DNA of 64,000 bases from Octopus vulgaris (lineage: Eukaryota), in assembly GCA_951406725.2 (NCBI GenBank), contig OX597837.1, forward strand, positions 16,802,001 to 16,866,000, given 5' to 3'. The notes under the pieces were generated by a model. It did not search any database, was not told where the DNA came from, and saw nothing but the letters and a program-made list of their open reading frames with translations. The first letter of the stretch is position 1. Every line of letters begins with the position of its first letter. The position numbers and the translations under genes were made by a program. Shown here piece by piece: positions 1-13,670 of this stretch.

Positions 1-168
1 TAATAGTTATCGCAATACTAATATGGCATTCTCATAAAAATAAGAAAAAAGCTGTCCGCTTATTAGCTCCATGAGGCCATCGCCTTAAGTTAGCTATTTG
101 ATACACAAACTGTATCCATATAACCTTCGAACAAGGGAGGTCAGTCGCTCCACACTACTTGACCGGCA

Positions 169-215
169 GCTACAGACGCGTTTCGGGGTATTGCTCCTTT
201 TCAATGCAGCGTAGC
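169..215 (-). ncRNA. Minimal type I hammerhead ribozyme motif, U3-A8 core variant (PLE-type)
   Basis: Minus strand gctacgctgca-TTGAAAA-ggag caata cccc-GAAA-CGCG-TC-tgtagc. Palindromic stem III (ACGCGT), GUC site, stem I gctac/gtagc, stem II with one mismatch. Confidence 0.6.
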
Positions 216-1499
216 CAGCCAGTAGGTGTCGCTTCCGACAATCTCTGTTCGATGGTTTTATTTACCTAGTTTCGGTGGAATACATCCACTTGTTTTCAAT
301 AATAGAAATATTAAAATAACTAAGTCTCTCTAAAAGAGAACAGCGGCAGCGTTCCCGGAAAATAATAGTTATAAACAGAAGATACAAATATTACAGGCAT
401 CCCCCACTTACACACACTAAATAAACATAAACGCACATAGAGATATAAGCATGCGCAAATGAAGACATACAATAGAAATACAAAATGGCTGACGGTTAGT
501 AAGGAGAGACACAAATAAGAAAGAAGAAAACAAAGGACCACTGATGCAGTCACAGGAAATCTTGCACAACAAATATTTAAACGTATATATATATATATAT
601 ATATAAAATCCAAAAGAACAAACACAAAAAAACAGCAATGCAAGGACATGGTACATGTAAAGTATTAACAGACACTCAGGTAAGGAAAGAAAGATGGTTT
701 AATGTTTCATGCACACTCCCTTCTTCGGAAACAGAGGAAAGTCCAATAGAAGGGAAGACGGAGGAAGAAAATCACAAATGAATATACAGGCATACCTCAG
801 CTTAAGTCATTCTCAATTATACATTGGCTTTCAAAAATAATACACGGAAAAATAAAAATTAAGTCGTCATTTTACTTGACTTTACGTCTGTCCGTTACAA
901 ATATTGTAATCGTAAAATCACCAGAAAACCATTAAAAGCGCATAAGATCATGTTACTGTAAAATATAAATAAGAATAAAAGCATATAAAATCATATTAAA
1001 ATATGTACAGTAAATGTTAAGTTACACATCATAAAGTAGTGTAGCTTAGTGAACAAAATCACGAAATCACCAAATTGTATGTTCATATTAGTAAATTTAA
1101 AATAATGATTTTTTTTACTATTGCATAATAATAATAATTACTGAATTTGTTTTTTAAGCTTAAAAAATGCTTTTCTTTTACCATGTCTTATTGCAAACCA
1201 CATTCATAAATAAAGCATCCGCAATGTACTGTAAACACCACCAAATTATACTCATAGATTTAGATTACGCTTTTTTTTTACTGTACTGTATTAAAAAATA
1301 AAATTATTTGTTTTTAAGCTTAAAATAGATTTTCATTCACCATGTATTATTGAAAATGCATTCATAAATAAAGTACAGAAGTGGGAATGGTTATTATCAG
1401 TTTAATCCAGAGACAAGTAAATTAAGCCTAGCCTAGCCTAGAGACAAGTTAATTCGACTTAAGTTATTTTTCGACTTAAGTTGTGTCTCCTGGAACCAA

Positions 1500-2110
1500 T
1501 TAACGATGTAGGGTGAGGTATGCCTATATATATATAAAGACTGTGTAAAGGAAAACCTGAAGAAACTAGATGTGAACAAAAGTGACTGGGAAACTGATGC
1601 TCTGGTTTGAAACAAGTGGAATGGTGCTGCTTTAGGACTGGTTGCAATGCCTAGGAAGAAAAGATGATTCAGCACTCTGAGCTTAGAAGAGCCTGTCGAA
1701 AAGGAACAATTGGAATTAAAGTCAGCAGTGAATATTGGATATGTATTGTGTGTGATTGTGTTCTGTTGTCTAAAGCAGGATACGTGAAGTTACATGAAAA
1801 TTGAAATGCCCAAGTAGTTAATAATCTTGAACCCCAACCACCTCTTACAACTTGTGTCATATGTCACAAAACCTGTGTGACAATATCTGGGCTTAAAAGA
1901 CATATGCTAGGACGCAGAAGCATTCCTTCAGAATCAGATTCCAAAGGGCAAAGATATAGAAGAAATGTGCATAATATCTGTCACTTATTTGTAAACCTTA
2001 TCAGTCAGCAGCTAGTCTTAAAAGTCATCTGAGGGATCATCAACAGAGGGATTGTATGATGGGTTGTGGTGTGTGTGCTGATGCAACAGTTATCATCTGT
2101 CAAGATGAAG
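1500..2110 (+). mobile_element. Degenerate 3' end of an RTE-like LINE with C2H2-like fingers
   Basis: Translates to YKDCVKENLKKLDVNKSDWETDALV, then CIVC..LLSKAGY..H, CVICHKTCVTISGLKRHM and LKSHLRDH; stops and frameshifts present. Confidence 0.55.
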
Positions 2111-2309
2111 CAATTATCATATATATATACAACTCACCTGGTGGATCTAGCAAACATATGCACCTAAATACCAATGAAGGAGACGTAAACTGTAATGCAA
2201 AGTACCAAATACAGCCAAATTGTGATAGTAGAAATGATTATGATATTGCTAACACAGTAACAACGTTAGAAAATGAAGTCACAACTGCCATATATACAAA
2301 TAAATATAA

Positions 2310-2700
2310 TAAATGCTCATGCAGAGAAAAATCAAAATGTGCATTGATGAATCTTTGTATGAGCATAAATCTTGTACCGTACACACAAGGGGAAAGCCGT
2401 ATGTTTACATTGGGCAAACAGTTGATTCATTTAAGAATCGTTATTGCAACCAAGTCACCAGCTTCGAGGGAATCAACAAGAGGCATTCAACATCTTTGGC
2501 TGATTTTGTGTGGCAACTGAAGGAAGATAAAATTAAGTATAACATAACTTGGTCCATAATAAGGCATGCAAAACCATACAGTATCATTTCCAGGAGTTAC
2601 TGACTCTGCTCCGAGAAATCCCTGTAGGCCAATGAGAAGATCATTAATAGAATTTCTGAAAGACTTTCAAGATCTCTACATGCATATAAATGTACTTTCA
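2310..2700 (+). pseudogene. Penelope-like GIY-YIG endonuclease remnant
   Basis: CSCREKSKC..., then in another frame YVYIGQTVDSFKNRY...STSLADFVWQLK...ITWSIIRHAKPY. Same motif order as the ORF at 60347-60808. Confidence 0.8.
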
Positions 2701-3268
2701 CACAATGCAGTGGGAATGAATTTGTGTAACTACTAACATAATTTACTTTAAGGTATGGATGAATTAAGTTTAGCTTTAACCTCTCCATTCTTTTAAACAC
2801 CAAGTAGCTATTTAACTCACTATGTGAATGTGTGTGCACAAAACCACACGTGTGTATGCTTACATCTTCATGGATGTTTGTATGAGTGAGTGTACGTATA
2901 CCATGCAGCTTGCGCAAGGATGTTTATATATCCATATCTGTTAACGATTATTTTAAAAACTTTTCTCGGTGTATTGTGTGTTCCTTTCTTTTTTGCATGT
3001 TATTTTATTTTTGATCTTCTTTGTAAATGAAAATATATCCTTTGTTTTGCTGCTTTTCTTTACATGAAATGAGAAGATACATTGTGGAACTGTTATTTTA
3101 ACAAGTTATATCTATTTATCACATGAGGAAACACATCTATACTGTTGGATGTTCTTAAATCAGCTGTTAAGTATCCCACCTATGAGGGATGTATCAAAAC
3201 AATTGTCGTGATTAATAAAAATTCTTGTATCTTCCATTTTCTGTTTTTCATTTATCATATATATATAT

Positions 3269-3338
<70 letters not shown>

Positions 3339-3339
3339 T

Positions 3340-3666
3340 GAGACCCCCTTCAGTCATGCCTGACCATGGGATTGCACCTAGAAAGTTACCCTCAGGCACA
3401 AGTCTGGACAAGATTGTTTATGGAAGACCAGCAGTCGCCCATGCATACTGACATCATCTCTCCACGCCACCAGTGTTATCCAAGGGAAAGGCAAATGCCG
3501 ATACAGCTTGGCACCTGTGACGTCACAACTCATTTCTACAGCTGAGTGAACTGGAGCAATGTGAAATAAAGTGTCTTGCTCAAGAATACAACACGCAGCC
3601 CAGTCCAGGTTTTGAACTCACAGCCTCATGATCATAGCTCGATGCTCTAACCACTGAACCATGCAC

Positions 3667-3668
<2 letters not shown>
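3340..3668 (-). mobile_element. tRNA-derived SINE
   Basis: Minus-strand head tggttcagtggttagagc...gagttcaaaacc (A/B boxes) followed by cttgagcaagacactt; flanked by (TA)n. Confidence 0.7.
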
Positions 3669-3728
<60 letters not shown>

Positions 3729-3729
<1 letters not shown>

Positions 3730-4914
3730 TAGCATTATGACCCGTTGTTGCCAGGTCATAGTGCTAGTGCATGCATATAGGTGTATATATATATATATAT
3801 ATGTGTACATATTACATGTACATCTATATATATACATCTACACATAAAATACAAAATACAAAGTTATATCTTGATATCGCTAGTGATAACAATACTCAAA
3901 ATATATAACAGACTGGAATTGTAAGGTCATCTTTTGCAATTTCGATCAATTGCATCTTGTCCTCCCTCTTGTATAGAAGTGTGGCTACAATCCAGCCTAT
4001 CTCAACTTCGGTGGGGGGGGGGGCATTTTTAATTTTTATCCGGCACGTCTAGTTCCCAGATATAAAGGTAAAAATAAAATATTTATTTCCATTTTGCAAG
4101 TTTGAGTCGAGTACTCCCTTGCATGCTCCGTTGACTCGAACCTTGCTTCTATTGTGGCGAATTTACCGCCTCTGGTTAGATATCTTTCATAGTCGCACCA
4201 AGACACTTTTCGATGGTGATTTCCTCCAGGTGTTTAAATCTTCTTTTTTCTCTACATTGTATACTTTATAGACAATAGTTTTTTCTTTAATTTAATTTTG
4301 TATTATCCATCTCGACTATTCCATTTCTGCATGCTGATTTTATTTTTAATTTATTCCCATTCATGTGAAACCACTTATTCAAGTTCAAGTCATTGATGCA
4401 ATTTTATACCAATTGCTATTTTTACTTTTGTTATGTTACGATTATATTATACTTTAGTTTGATTTTAATTATTACTTACTACATATAATTCAATTGTTAG
4501 TATTATTTTTATTGTTAAAGTGAAAGTATCTGACATAAAATAGAGAAATGTTTTTGTTTCACTTTTAACACGTAATACTGAAATAGTGGAGAAGATATGA
4601 TATTGCTATGGGCTCGCTCTAGGCAAGAAGTTGAACATTTTTTTTGCCCATGCAACTACATTGTCCCTAAGTAAGGCATGTGTAAAATTTGAATGAAATT
4701 GGTTGTGTAGTTCTCAAGTTTTAGGGAATCGTAGTGGAGAAGATATGATATTGCTGTGGGCTCGCCCTAGGCAAAAAGTTAAAATTTGTTTTGCTGATGA
4801 CACTCCCCGGACCCCAAGTAAGGCATGTGTAAAATTTGAATGAAATTGGTTCTGTAGTTCTCAAGTTTTAGGGAAAGACACAGACAGACACACATTCTCA
4901 GTTTTATATATATA
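3729..4914 (-). mobile_element. Non-autonomous Helitron-like element (third family)
   Basis: 3' hairpin gacctggcaacaacgggtc followed by CTAG (3729-3732); 5' tatatataaaactgagaatgtgtgtctg; internal ~147-bp tandem duplication (4585-4875). Confidence 0.65.
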
Positions 4915-6399
4915 CTAGCAGTATCGCCCGGCGTTGCTCGGGTTTGTAAGGGAAATAACTATATAAGCATTTTTAGAGAGTTATAGCCAAAAAATAGCAA
5001 AAAATGCATTAAAAATGGAAAAAAATTAAGGTAATTTTTTTTTTAAATCGTTGACACATCGTAGATATTTTTAGAGAGTTACTTCCCTTATATAATAGCG
5101 AAAAAAATGCATTAAAATGGAAAAATATGATGGTAAATTTTTTTTAAATCGTAGACTCATCGTAGATGCGCGCTAATACCCAGAAGGGCTCGATATGAAT
5201 CACGACTATAAGATACTCGCTTTTGGTTAAACTGCACCGCAAAATGTGGGAGTAGTTAGGAATCTAAATCGTAGGAGACAGACACACAGCTTCACTCTTA
5301 TATATAAAGATATAAGCCACGTAGTTATATACACATACTTTCTTATATACACATTCTTAAAAGAAAATGTTATTTTGAACACAACATTTATAAAGAATAA
5401 AATATTTTTTGGTTTTTCTTAACCCTTTCGTTACTATATTTCTGACCAAAATACACCCCTTATGTGTTTCAATTAATTTCTAACGTAATCATAAATTTAG
5501 TCTGGTTTCATTAAACAACTATAACTTTTTTATTTATCAATATATTAACGTGAATTTTGGAAGATAATTTAATGAAATGTTCTCAACCAATTCTATACTA
5601 TAATTTTTGTCACAAAGTGACTCTAATTGCAGGTAGATACAGGTAAATTCAACAAAATATAAAATTATAAAAATTTTGTTCAAACATCGCTATAGAAAAT
5701 GGGTTATTAGCTAATATTCAATTGGGTATACAACAAAATTTTACGATAGAATTTGTTATTCTGGGTAACTTTCTGATACCCATAATATTTATGGCAAAAT
5801 AGGCCTTAATTTCATTTAAGGTTATGGGAAACCACAAACTATCCTTTCTTTCGCTTTGTTTACGTTTAGCGTAACGGTTCGTTTCCGCCGTAATGATTTC
5901 AAATGGGCTCATTCGAAAAAGTAAAAAGAAATAGTCTAAGGCTTTACTCTTCTGGGAAAGTCTGTGGCTTGGTCCAGTTTCTTCAGAAAAATCACCGAAA
6001 GAAACAGTTTTTAAATTTTCACTCCATTCAGGTGCCAATTCATTTTCTTTATCACTGTCGGAGATCTCAGATTCACTGTTTTCACTTTAATCGTTGCAAA
6101 CTTGCAAAGAGAAAGTCGTAGAAATTAGAGTGATAGCGTGAGTGAATCAGATCGCTCTCTTTTTGTGTGTGTGTGTGCGTATGCTATAGCCCACACTAAG
6201 AAAAGCACTTGACTTAGACACCACAATGTGAGTTTTCTCTAAATTTTGCTTAATTGGGGTTGAAATTTTAAAAACTGGACCTGGCACGACCCGATGCATT
6301 CTGCTCTTAAAAATGCTAGGTAAATTGTAATTGAAGAAATCCTATATTGTAGATTTCTATAAGAGACAAAGGGAGGCAGATAAAATCTGCCTTTTTTAT

Positions 6400-6404
<5 letters not shown>
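4915..6404 (-). mobile_element. Composite Helitron carrying a piggyBac 3' half
   Basis: 3' cccgagcaacgccggg hairpin + cgatactgCTAG; 5' ttattataaaaaaggcagattttatctgcc module; internal secondary 5' end tctttatatataag near 5310. Confidence 0.7.
5423..6088 (-). mobile_element. piggyBac fragment (3' TIR plus transposase N-terminal remnant)
   Basis: TTAA|ccctttcgttac TIR at 5419-5434; ORF 5718-6038 (FEIITAETNRYA..WFPITLNEIKAYFAINIMGI) matches the element at 55075-56131. Confidence 0.85.
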
Positions 6405-6468
<64 letters not shown>

Positions 6469-6979
6469 CATATACATATATACATATATATACATATATA
6501 CATATATATACATACAAACATATATATATATGTATGTATATGTATATATGTATATATATACATATATACATATATATATGTTTATATATATACTAGCAGT
6601 ATCGCCCGGCGTTGCTCGGGTTTGTAAGGGAAATAATTATATAAGCATTTTTAGAGATGTAAAGTATAATAGCCATCTCAATATAGCTAACCATAAATTT
6701 TAAGAGGGGATGGGGTGTTACTGTAGCTTTTTACGTTCTGAGATTTAATAATAAATTTTAGAGAGAATCTAAATCGTAGGAGACAGACACACAACCTCAC
6801 TTTTATATATACAGATTTCCTCTATTTACATAATATTGAGGTGTCTTTCTTTCTTTTGTTATCTTACTGTTTTTACCAATATACATATATATATATATAT
6901 ATAAATATATATATAGTTACAGAGATGTACTTGCATAGCAAGTGACTTGATCTGAGATCGTGTGCTGGAACGAAAACAG

Positions 6980-7238
6980 TTGCAGCGTTGAAGGTGTTTA
7001 TAAGCCATTTTAGAAACACACAAAAACCGTTAGATTCACTTCAACATTTAAATTTAATTTGTCAAAATATTTTCGTCGCTTTGAGACCGCGACCTGTTAG
7101 CACGATATTTTTGTCAGTGAACAGGTCGCGGTCTCAAAGCGACGAAAATAATTTGGCAAATTAAATTTAAATGTTGAAGTTAATGTAACGGTTTTTGTGT
7201 GTTTCTTAAATGGCTTACAAACACCTTCCACGCTGCAA
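6980..7238. repeat. Fold-back: ~119-bp inverted arms with a 21-nt spacer
   Basis: 6980-7098 is the near-exact reverse complement of 7120-7238; second copy at 33509-33767. Confidence 0.9.
7110..7160 (+). ncRNA. Minimal hammerhead ribozyme motif, G3-C8 core variant
   Basis: tttgtca-GTGAACA-g-gtcgc ggtctcaaa gcgac-GAAA-ataatt-tggcaaa. 7-bp stem I, 5-bp stem II; one substitution in the stem III palindrome in this copy. Confidence 0.55.
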
Positions 7239-7256
7239 TATATATATACACACATA

Positions 7257-7287
<31 letters not shown>

Positions 7288-7599
7288 GTGTATATGTGTA
7301 TGCATGTATGTGTGTGTGTGTGCGTGTCTGTGCTTGTGATTGTCCTCCACCACTGCTTGACAACGAATGTTGGTTTGTTTACATCCCTGTCACCTAGTGG
7401 TTTGACAAAGGAAACAGATAGAATAAGTACAATGCTTACAAAAATAAAACTGGAGTTGATTCATTAAACTACAATTCTTCAAGGCATTGCCCCAGCATGG
7501 CCACAGACCAATGGCTGGAAAAAGCAGAAGAATAAAAGAATACATTCTCTGCTTTGGTCTTATGTTGAAGGCATGAGAAAGCTTGAGTTTACATGAGAA

Positions 7600-7872
7600 G
7601 GCCTAACAGACCTGGTAGAAACAGCAGCCAAATCTCCCTCAAATCACACCTTACTGTCTTATGTATGTATATATATATGAGCCAATGAGGGGGACCTCTA
7701 CATGGTAGCTAGACCTGGTAGAAATAGCAGCCAAATTTCCCCCAAATCACACCTTACTGTCTTATCTATGTATATATGTATGTATGAGCCTATGAGGGAG
7801 ACCCCTACATGGCAGCTAGACATGGTAGAAATAGCAGCCAAATCTCCCTCAAATCACACCTTACTGTCTTAT
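7600..7872 (+). repeat. Three ~100-110-bp tandem repeats
   Basis: agacctggtagaaatagcagccaaatctccctcaaatcacaccttactgtctta recurs three times; also present in the inverted copy near 32870-33140. Confidence 0.8.
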
Positions 7873-8387
7873 CTTTCTGCTACTTGGATATAGGTGTTAT
7901 ATTCGTCGTAAAAAACTTTCCTGTCACACACTCACGCACACGCACACACACACACACACACACACGCACCCTCACACACACACACACGCACACACACACA
8001 CACACACACTCACACACACGCACGTTAGCTTACAATTTTATTAATATATTTGCGTGTCTATGTGTGGAAAGAGGAAGTGGGAGGCAGAGTGAAAGAATCA
8101 CTCACTACAGTAAGTGAATTACTTTCATTTTATTCGTTGCCCACTGTGTGTGTGCGTTTGCGTGTGGTGTAAACCAGACTAAGAAAAGCATTTGACACAC
8201 ACACCAGAATGTGAGTTTTCTGTAAATTTTGCTTAATTGGAGTTTAAATTTTAAAAACTGGACCTGGCATGACGCGATGCATTCTACTCTTAAAAATGCT
8301 AGGTAAATTGTAATTGAAGAAATCCTATATTGTAGATTTGTATAACTCCCAAAGGGAGGCAGATAAAATCTGCCTTTTATAATAAGA

Positions 8388-9460
8388 CTAGCAGTATCGC
8401 CCGGCGTTGCTCGGGTTTGTAAGGGAAATAACTATATAAGCATTTTTAGAGAGTTATAGCAAAAAAATAGCAAAAAAATGCATTAAAAATGGAAAAAATA
8501 TGATGGTAAATTTTTTTTAAAATCGTTGACTCATCGTAGACATTTTTAGAGAGTTACTTCCCTTATATAATAGCGAAAAAATGCATTAAAATGGAAAAAA
8601 AACGATGGTAATTTTTTTTTTAAATCGTAGACTCATGTAGACGCTTTCTTAGCCATTTCTGTTTTGGTGTCTTCAAGCCATGAAGTCGTTGTTCTAAAAG
8701 AACACTGGTCTCCTTGACAACGCATTACGACGTTGATTTCCTTACACTCCCTTCCCCACAGGTGCAGGTGTGAGCGTGGACGCCAACTCCGCCGCCATCG
8801 ACACACGAAAAATTATGCATTAAAATGGAATAAAAAATGATGTTAAATTATTTTTAAAATCGTAGACTCATCGTAGACGCGCGCTAATATTCAGACGGGC
8901 TCGATATGAATCTCGACTATAAGCTACCCGAATTTGGTTAAACTGCACCGCAAAATGTGGGAGTAGTTAGGAATCTAAATCGAAGGGGACAGACAATCAC
9001 ACAACTACAGTTTTATATATATAGATATACATAGCGCAGTAGTGGTGAGATGTGACAGCAAAGAAAAGCATACATTCACTCTCTGCATGCAATTAGACTC
9101 GGAAAGTTCGTGAGGAACCCATTGACCCAATTTGCTGACTTTTCCGATAGCACACAGGTGTCAATGAATGGTTGAATGACCAAATCCAAGCTTCTCTGCT
9201 AGTTCCTCAACAGTTACGATGAGATTTTGTTCCACCAGGGTTTTCAGGATGTCCTTGTTGAGTTCTACAGATCTTTCAGGATGAGGCTCGTCTTCTAGGC
9301 TGTAGTTTATGGCTCGGGATTTCTGGAACCACCATTGACACTGCCTTACGCTTATTGTCCAATCCCCATATACTGCATTAATATTTCTTGTACTTTGCAC
9401 ACATTTATATTCTGTTATTCTTTTATATGTTTCAGCCTTGAGGTTGTGGCCATGCTGGAT

Positions 9461-9498
<38 letters not shown>

Positions 9499-9605
9499 TA
9501 TCTGTCTGTCTGTCTGTATGTATATATGTATATGTATGTGTGTGAACAATAATATTTTCAACAGATGTGTTGCAAATGTATCTGATTGTTCTCAAGCTTC
9601 AATAC

Positions 9606-9636
<31 letters not shown>

Positions 9637-10181
9637 ATGTATGTATGTATATGTATGTATGTATGTATATGTATGTATGTATGTGTGTAGATGAGATTTT
9701 GTTCCACCAGGGTTTTCAGGATGTCCTTGTCGAGTTCTACAGATCTTTCAGGATGAGGCTCGTCTTCTAGGCTGTAGTTTATGGCTCGGGATTTCTGGAA
9801 CCACCATTGACACTGCCTTACGCTTATTGTCCAATCCCCATATACTGCATTAATATTTCTTGTACTTTGCACACATTTATATTCTGTTATTCTTTTATAT
9901 GTTTCAGCCTTGAGGTTGTGGCCATGCTGGATCATGTGTGTGTGTGTGTGTGTCTATCTGTCTGTCTGTCTGTATGTATATATGTATATGTATGTGTGTG
10001 AACAATAATATTTTCAACAGATGTGTTGCAAATGTATCTGATTGTTCTCAAGCTTCAATACTGTGTGTGTGTGTTTGTGTGTGTGTGTGTATGTATGTAT
10101 GTATATGTATGTATGTATGTATATGTATGTATGTATGTGTGTATGTATGTATGTGTGTGTGTATGTATGTGTGTGTGTATG

Positions 10182-10220
<39 letters not shown>

Positions 10221-10679
10221 ATGTATGTATGTATGTATGTATGTATGTATGTATCTATGAGTGTATGTTTACTTTATTACTAATTACTCTCTTCCAAGAA
10301 CATTTTCACTCACTCTTAGCTCTTAGCTTCCCATACATTTTACTCATATATCTATCAGCGTCATAGACAGAATACTTTCACTTTAGTCTTCCTCAAATCA
10401 TTGTCGCTATTTACTTTCATTTTATTCGTTGCCCACTGTGTGTGTGCGTTTGCGTGTGGTGTAAACCAGACTAAGAAAAGCATTTGACACACACACCAGA
10501 ATGTGAGTTTTCTGTAAATTTTGCTTAATTGGAGTTTAAATTTTAAAAACTGGACCTGGCATGACGCGATGCATTGTACTCTCAAAAATGCCAGGTAAAT
10601 TGTAATTGAAGAAATCCTATATTGTAGATTTGTATAACTCCCAAAGGGAGGCAGATAAAATCTGCCTTTTATAATAAGA
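8388..10679 (-). mobile_element. Composite Helitron unit A carrying a mariner fragment
   Basis: 5' TCttattataaaagg near 10679; internal short Helitron 9025-8388 (TCtatatatataaaactg...CTAG); CTAG|TC junction with unit B at 8388/8387. Confidence 0.8.
9030..9935 (-). pseudogene. Mariner transposase N-terminal fragment, partly tandem-duplicated
   Basis: RNINAVYG..ISVRQCQWWFQK..SLEDEP..TVEELAEKLGFGHSTIH*HL..IGKVSKLGQWVPHEL; ~470-bp tandem duplication starting at 9219 and 9689. Confidence 0.85.
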
Positions 10680-10690
10680 GATTTATAATA

Positions 10691-10740
<50 letters not shown>

Positions 10741-11519
10741 TTGGAAAAGGATGCGGGGCGTTCGATCATATAATAATATAAATAATATATAAATATATGC
10801 ATATATACATACATATATGTACATACCTACATATATGTATATATACATGCATATATGGGTACAGGACATCAAAAAACATTGAACACAATGAGAAACGAAA
10901 ACATAAAAACAAAAACATAGAAACGAACTATTTTTTGAAACAACGAATAAAACAGAAACGAGACATACAGCATAAAGAATATTTCCCTTCTTCAGTTGAC
11001 TTTGTTTCATCTACTCCGCGTTCCGAAGGTAAGGACAAGACGCAACTTCGTTGAAACAGTCCTTTCCGCAAAGCAAATTAAATAAAATTTGGGATTTTTT
11101 GCGGAGGGTGAAAGTGGTAACAAGAACAGGACAATGAGAAAAAAACCCAGTAAAAACACTAAAAAAGTAAAAACAGTAAAAGACAGAACAATGAGACCAA
11201 AACAATAAAAACGAACGATGAGGGCTGTTAAGCCAAGACGATGGAAAAATTATTCTGAACGCTTAAGGAGACAGCTTATGAAGAGACAGGATAAGCTGGT
11301 TTGGTCTTTGTGAACATAGTAGTCGGAAAGATGGCTTCCCTCTGATCACGTGTCAGCGACGAGAGGGTCGAAAAGGAGGAGTAAAAGTGAGGGAACGGTG
11401 AAGGGGAGAGGAGAAGAATAGAGAATGGTGGAAGAGAAAACCAGAAAGGATGAAGAACAAGAGAGGGAGGGAGATAAACAGAGAAGATATAGTAAAGAAG
11501 AGTGCGCATCGTAATTATT

Positions 11520-11547
11520 AAGATAAATAATAATAATAATAATAATA

Positions 11548-11585
<38 letters not shown>

Positions 11586-11650
11586 CATTAATTACTACTA
11601 CTACTACTACTACTACTGCTACTACTACTACTACTACTACTACTACTATT
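11520..11650. repeat. Compound (TAA)(TTA)(CTA) microsatellite
   Basis: Read directly from the sequence. Confidence 0.95.
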
Positions 11651-12227
11651 GTTTGAGAGAGCAGCACATGCCATCAAAGTGACACTGGGGTAAAATATAC
11701 GATGCCTAATATACTCGTCTGATAAGGGTACACCAGGCACATGTATCACAATATGTGCGCTATATAGTGATCTCATATCAAGATAAACAGCACATGACTA
11801 TGCAGGTGGGGTCCAGTTAGAATTTTCTTCAGGTCGATTAGCCCTTTTCGCTCAAAAGGTCCCTGAATAAGGGTTGTTTTAGGATGATAAGCAAAACACC
11901 CAAGTTTTCAAAGGTGAATTATCCAAAACCCAAAAAATTCCTCTCCACGCATGGCTATGATGCTCCCACACTACTTCTTCTCGTAATCAGAGATGCTCAT
12001 ATCGTCAGCCACTAAGGGACATGGTCAACTGGTTAAGGTCAAACAACCGACAGGCAAATCTGTGGTATTGAGCAGAATATATGCTGTAGCCCATCTCTTA
12101 TACCAAGACAAAACAATGTACATGATAACACTTCCTATTAGTTAAGATCAGAAGCCATGAGAGCCACTGCCTGGTACTGCATCGCGGCATTTTGTTATTG
12201 TTGTTTTTGTTGTTGTTATCATTATTT

Positions 12228-13445
12228 AAGACGTCGGACATGTTGATCGAAGATATCGCGTCTACCGGGGGTTTGTATTCTCTGTCAAGTCACATGAAGG
12301 ACCTCAGACAGAACGTACTTTATGCAATGTACATGCAGTTCCAAGTAATGCAAATTTTTGTGATACACCTTGGTTATAGGTATTTCTAAAGATTCCAGAT
12401 TTTTTTCAGATTGGGTGGTATTTAACCCAATGCCCCGATGACAATAAGGACAACCTTTATGTTTGACTTTCGTAGCTGCCACATCTTAGCGATCTCAATT
12501 CTCAGGTCTGCTTATTAATCAGTCTTTTCTCTTTCCTTCATGATATGTTAATCTCCTGGCACTTCCACGTCGATTATTAGGCAGTTATGTTTACCCCTCC
12601 TAAAGGTTGCTATATCCGGCCTTCAGTGCTCTAACACCTTGTCTGTCCATTACCTTTTCCGGTGTATGTTGGTACCAAGCACCCGTTACCTCTTATCCAT
12701 ACTTCCGGGATAGTAGCCAGTGAGGGTTTTGGGCTACCTTGTCGTGTCCGCGCTTGTACTCTTTCTGCACAAAACTTTCATAAGCACTCACAATCTGAGT
12801 CACGCTTTCGACCATCTTCCCACACATTTTGCACAGGTTCGTTGCACTGAGTTGATATTCAATGTCTGATCCTGAGCGGCGATGATTAGGCTTTCAGTCT
12901 CCTTTCTTAGGTCACCCTTGCTGAGCCACCTCCATGATGCTTTCCGGTCTTTTAAATTGTTAGTTTCATGGTGGAACTGACCATGTAATTCCATGCGGAG
13001 TAGAGTTCCTTCTCTCTCGCTGGCTGTTATGAGCACTCTCAAATTCATTTTTGGTAAATCCTTCTGCATTAGCAACGCACCGTAGCAAGTCTTATTTGTT
13101 GTATACCAAATATTCTGCCATGTTTCTTCTTTCACTGTTGATGCCCTCCCGTACGCTAATCAGCGCAGGTCGACCTTTACCTCTCTTCATGTAGAACCTG
13201 TGTACATTTGCCTTAGGGTGGTGAGCACTATGCATTGTCATTGCCTTTTGGGTAGTGTGATCGAATTGGTCAATCTCCACTTGTGTCCATTTCAGGTTGG
13301 GTGCAATAAGAGAACTACAGCAACAGTCCACATGTTGATGGCAGTCACAAGGTTCCTTGAGTTGAGTTTTGATTTCAAGAGAAGTTTGAGGCGCTTGAAA
13401 TATGCAGTTATGACCTTGTTTTTCAAGATATTGTCCAGCACCATT
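12228..13445 (-). mobile_element. R4/Dong-like non-LTR element, degenerate 3' part
   Basis: HHPKANVHRFYMKRGKG, LHGQFH, WRWLSKGDLRKETESLIIAAQDQTL, CxxC and an RLE-like remnant; the 3' end runs into (TAA/CAA)n. Confidence 0.75.
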
Positions 13446-13461
13446 TATCATTATTATCATA

Positions 13462-13670
13462 GTCTTCTTCTTCTTCCTCTCCTCCTCCTCCTCTTTCTTC
13501 TTCTTCTTCTTCCTCTCCTCCTCCTCTCCTCATCCTCCTCCTCCTTCTCCTCCTTCTTCTCCTTCTTCTTCTTCTTCTTCTTCTTCTTCTTCTTCTTCTT
13601 CTTCTTCTTCTTCTTCTTCTTCTTCTTCTTCTTCATCTTCTTCTTCTTCATCTTCTTCTTCTTCTTCTTC
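13462..13670. repeat. (TTC/TCC)n microsatellite
   Basis: Read directly; reads as poly-Glu in frame with the upstream R4-like ORF. Confidence 0.95.

Larger units (their letters stand above)
6593..8387 (-). mobile_element. Composite Helitron unit B
   Basis: 5' TCttattataaaaggcag at 8387; 3' hairpin + CTAG at 6593; near-identical inverted copy at 32371-34313. Confidence 0.8.

Noticed and set aside
695-735. Hammerhead-like CCGAAGA..GAAACAT on the minus strand
   Set aside because: Core and stem II are too degenerate to call.
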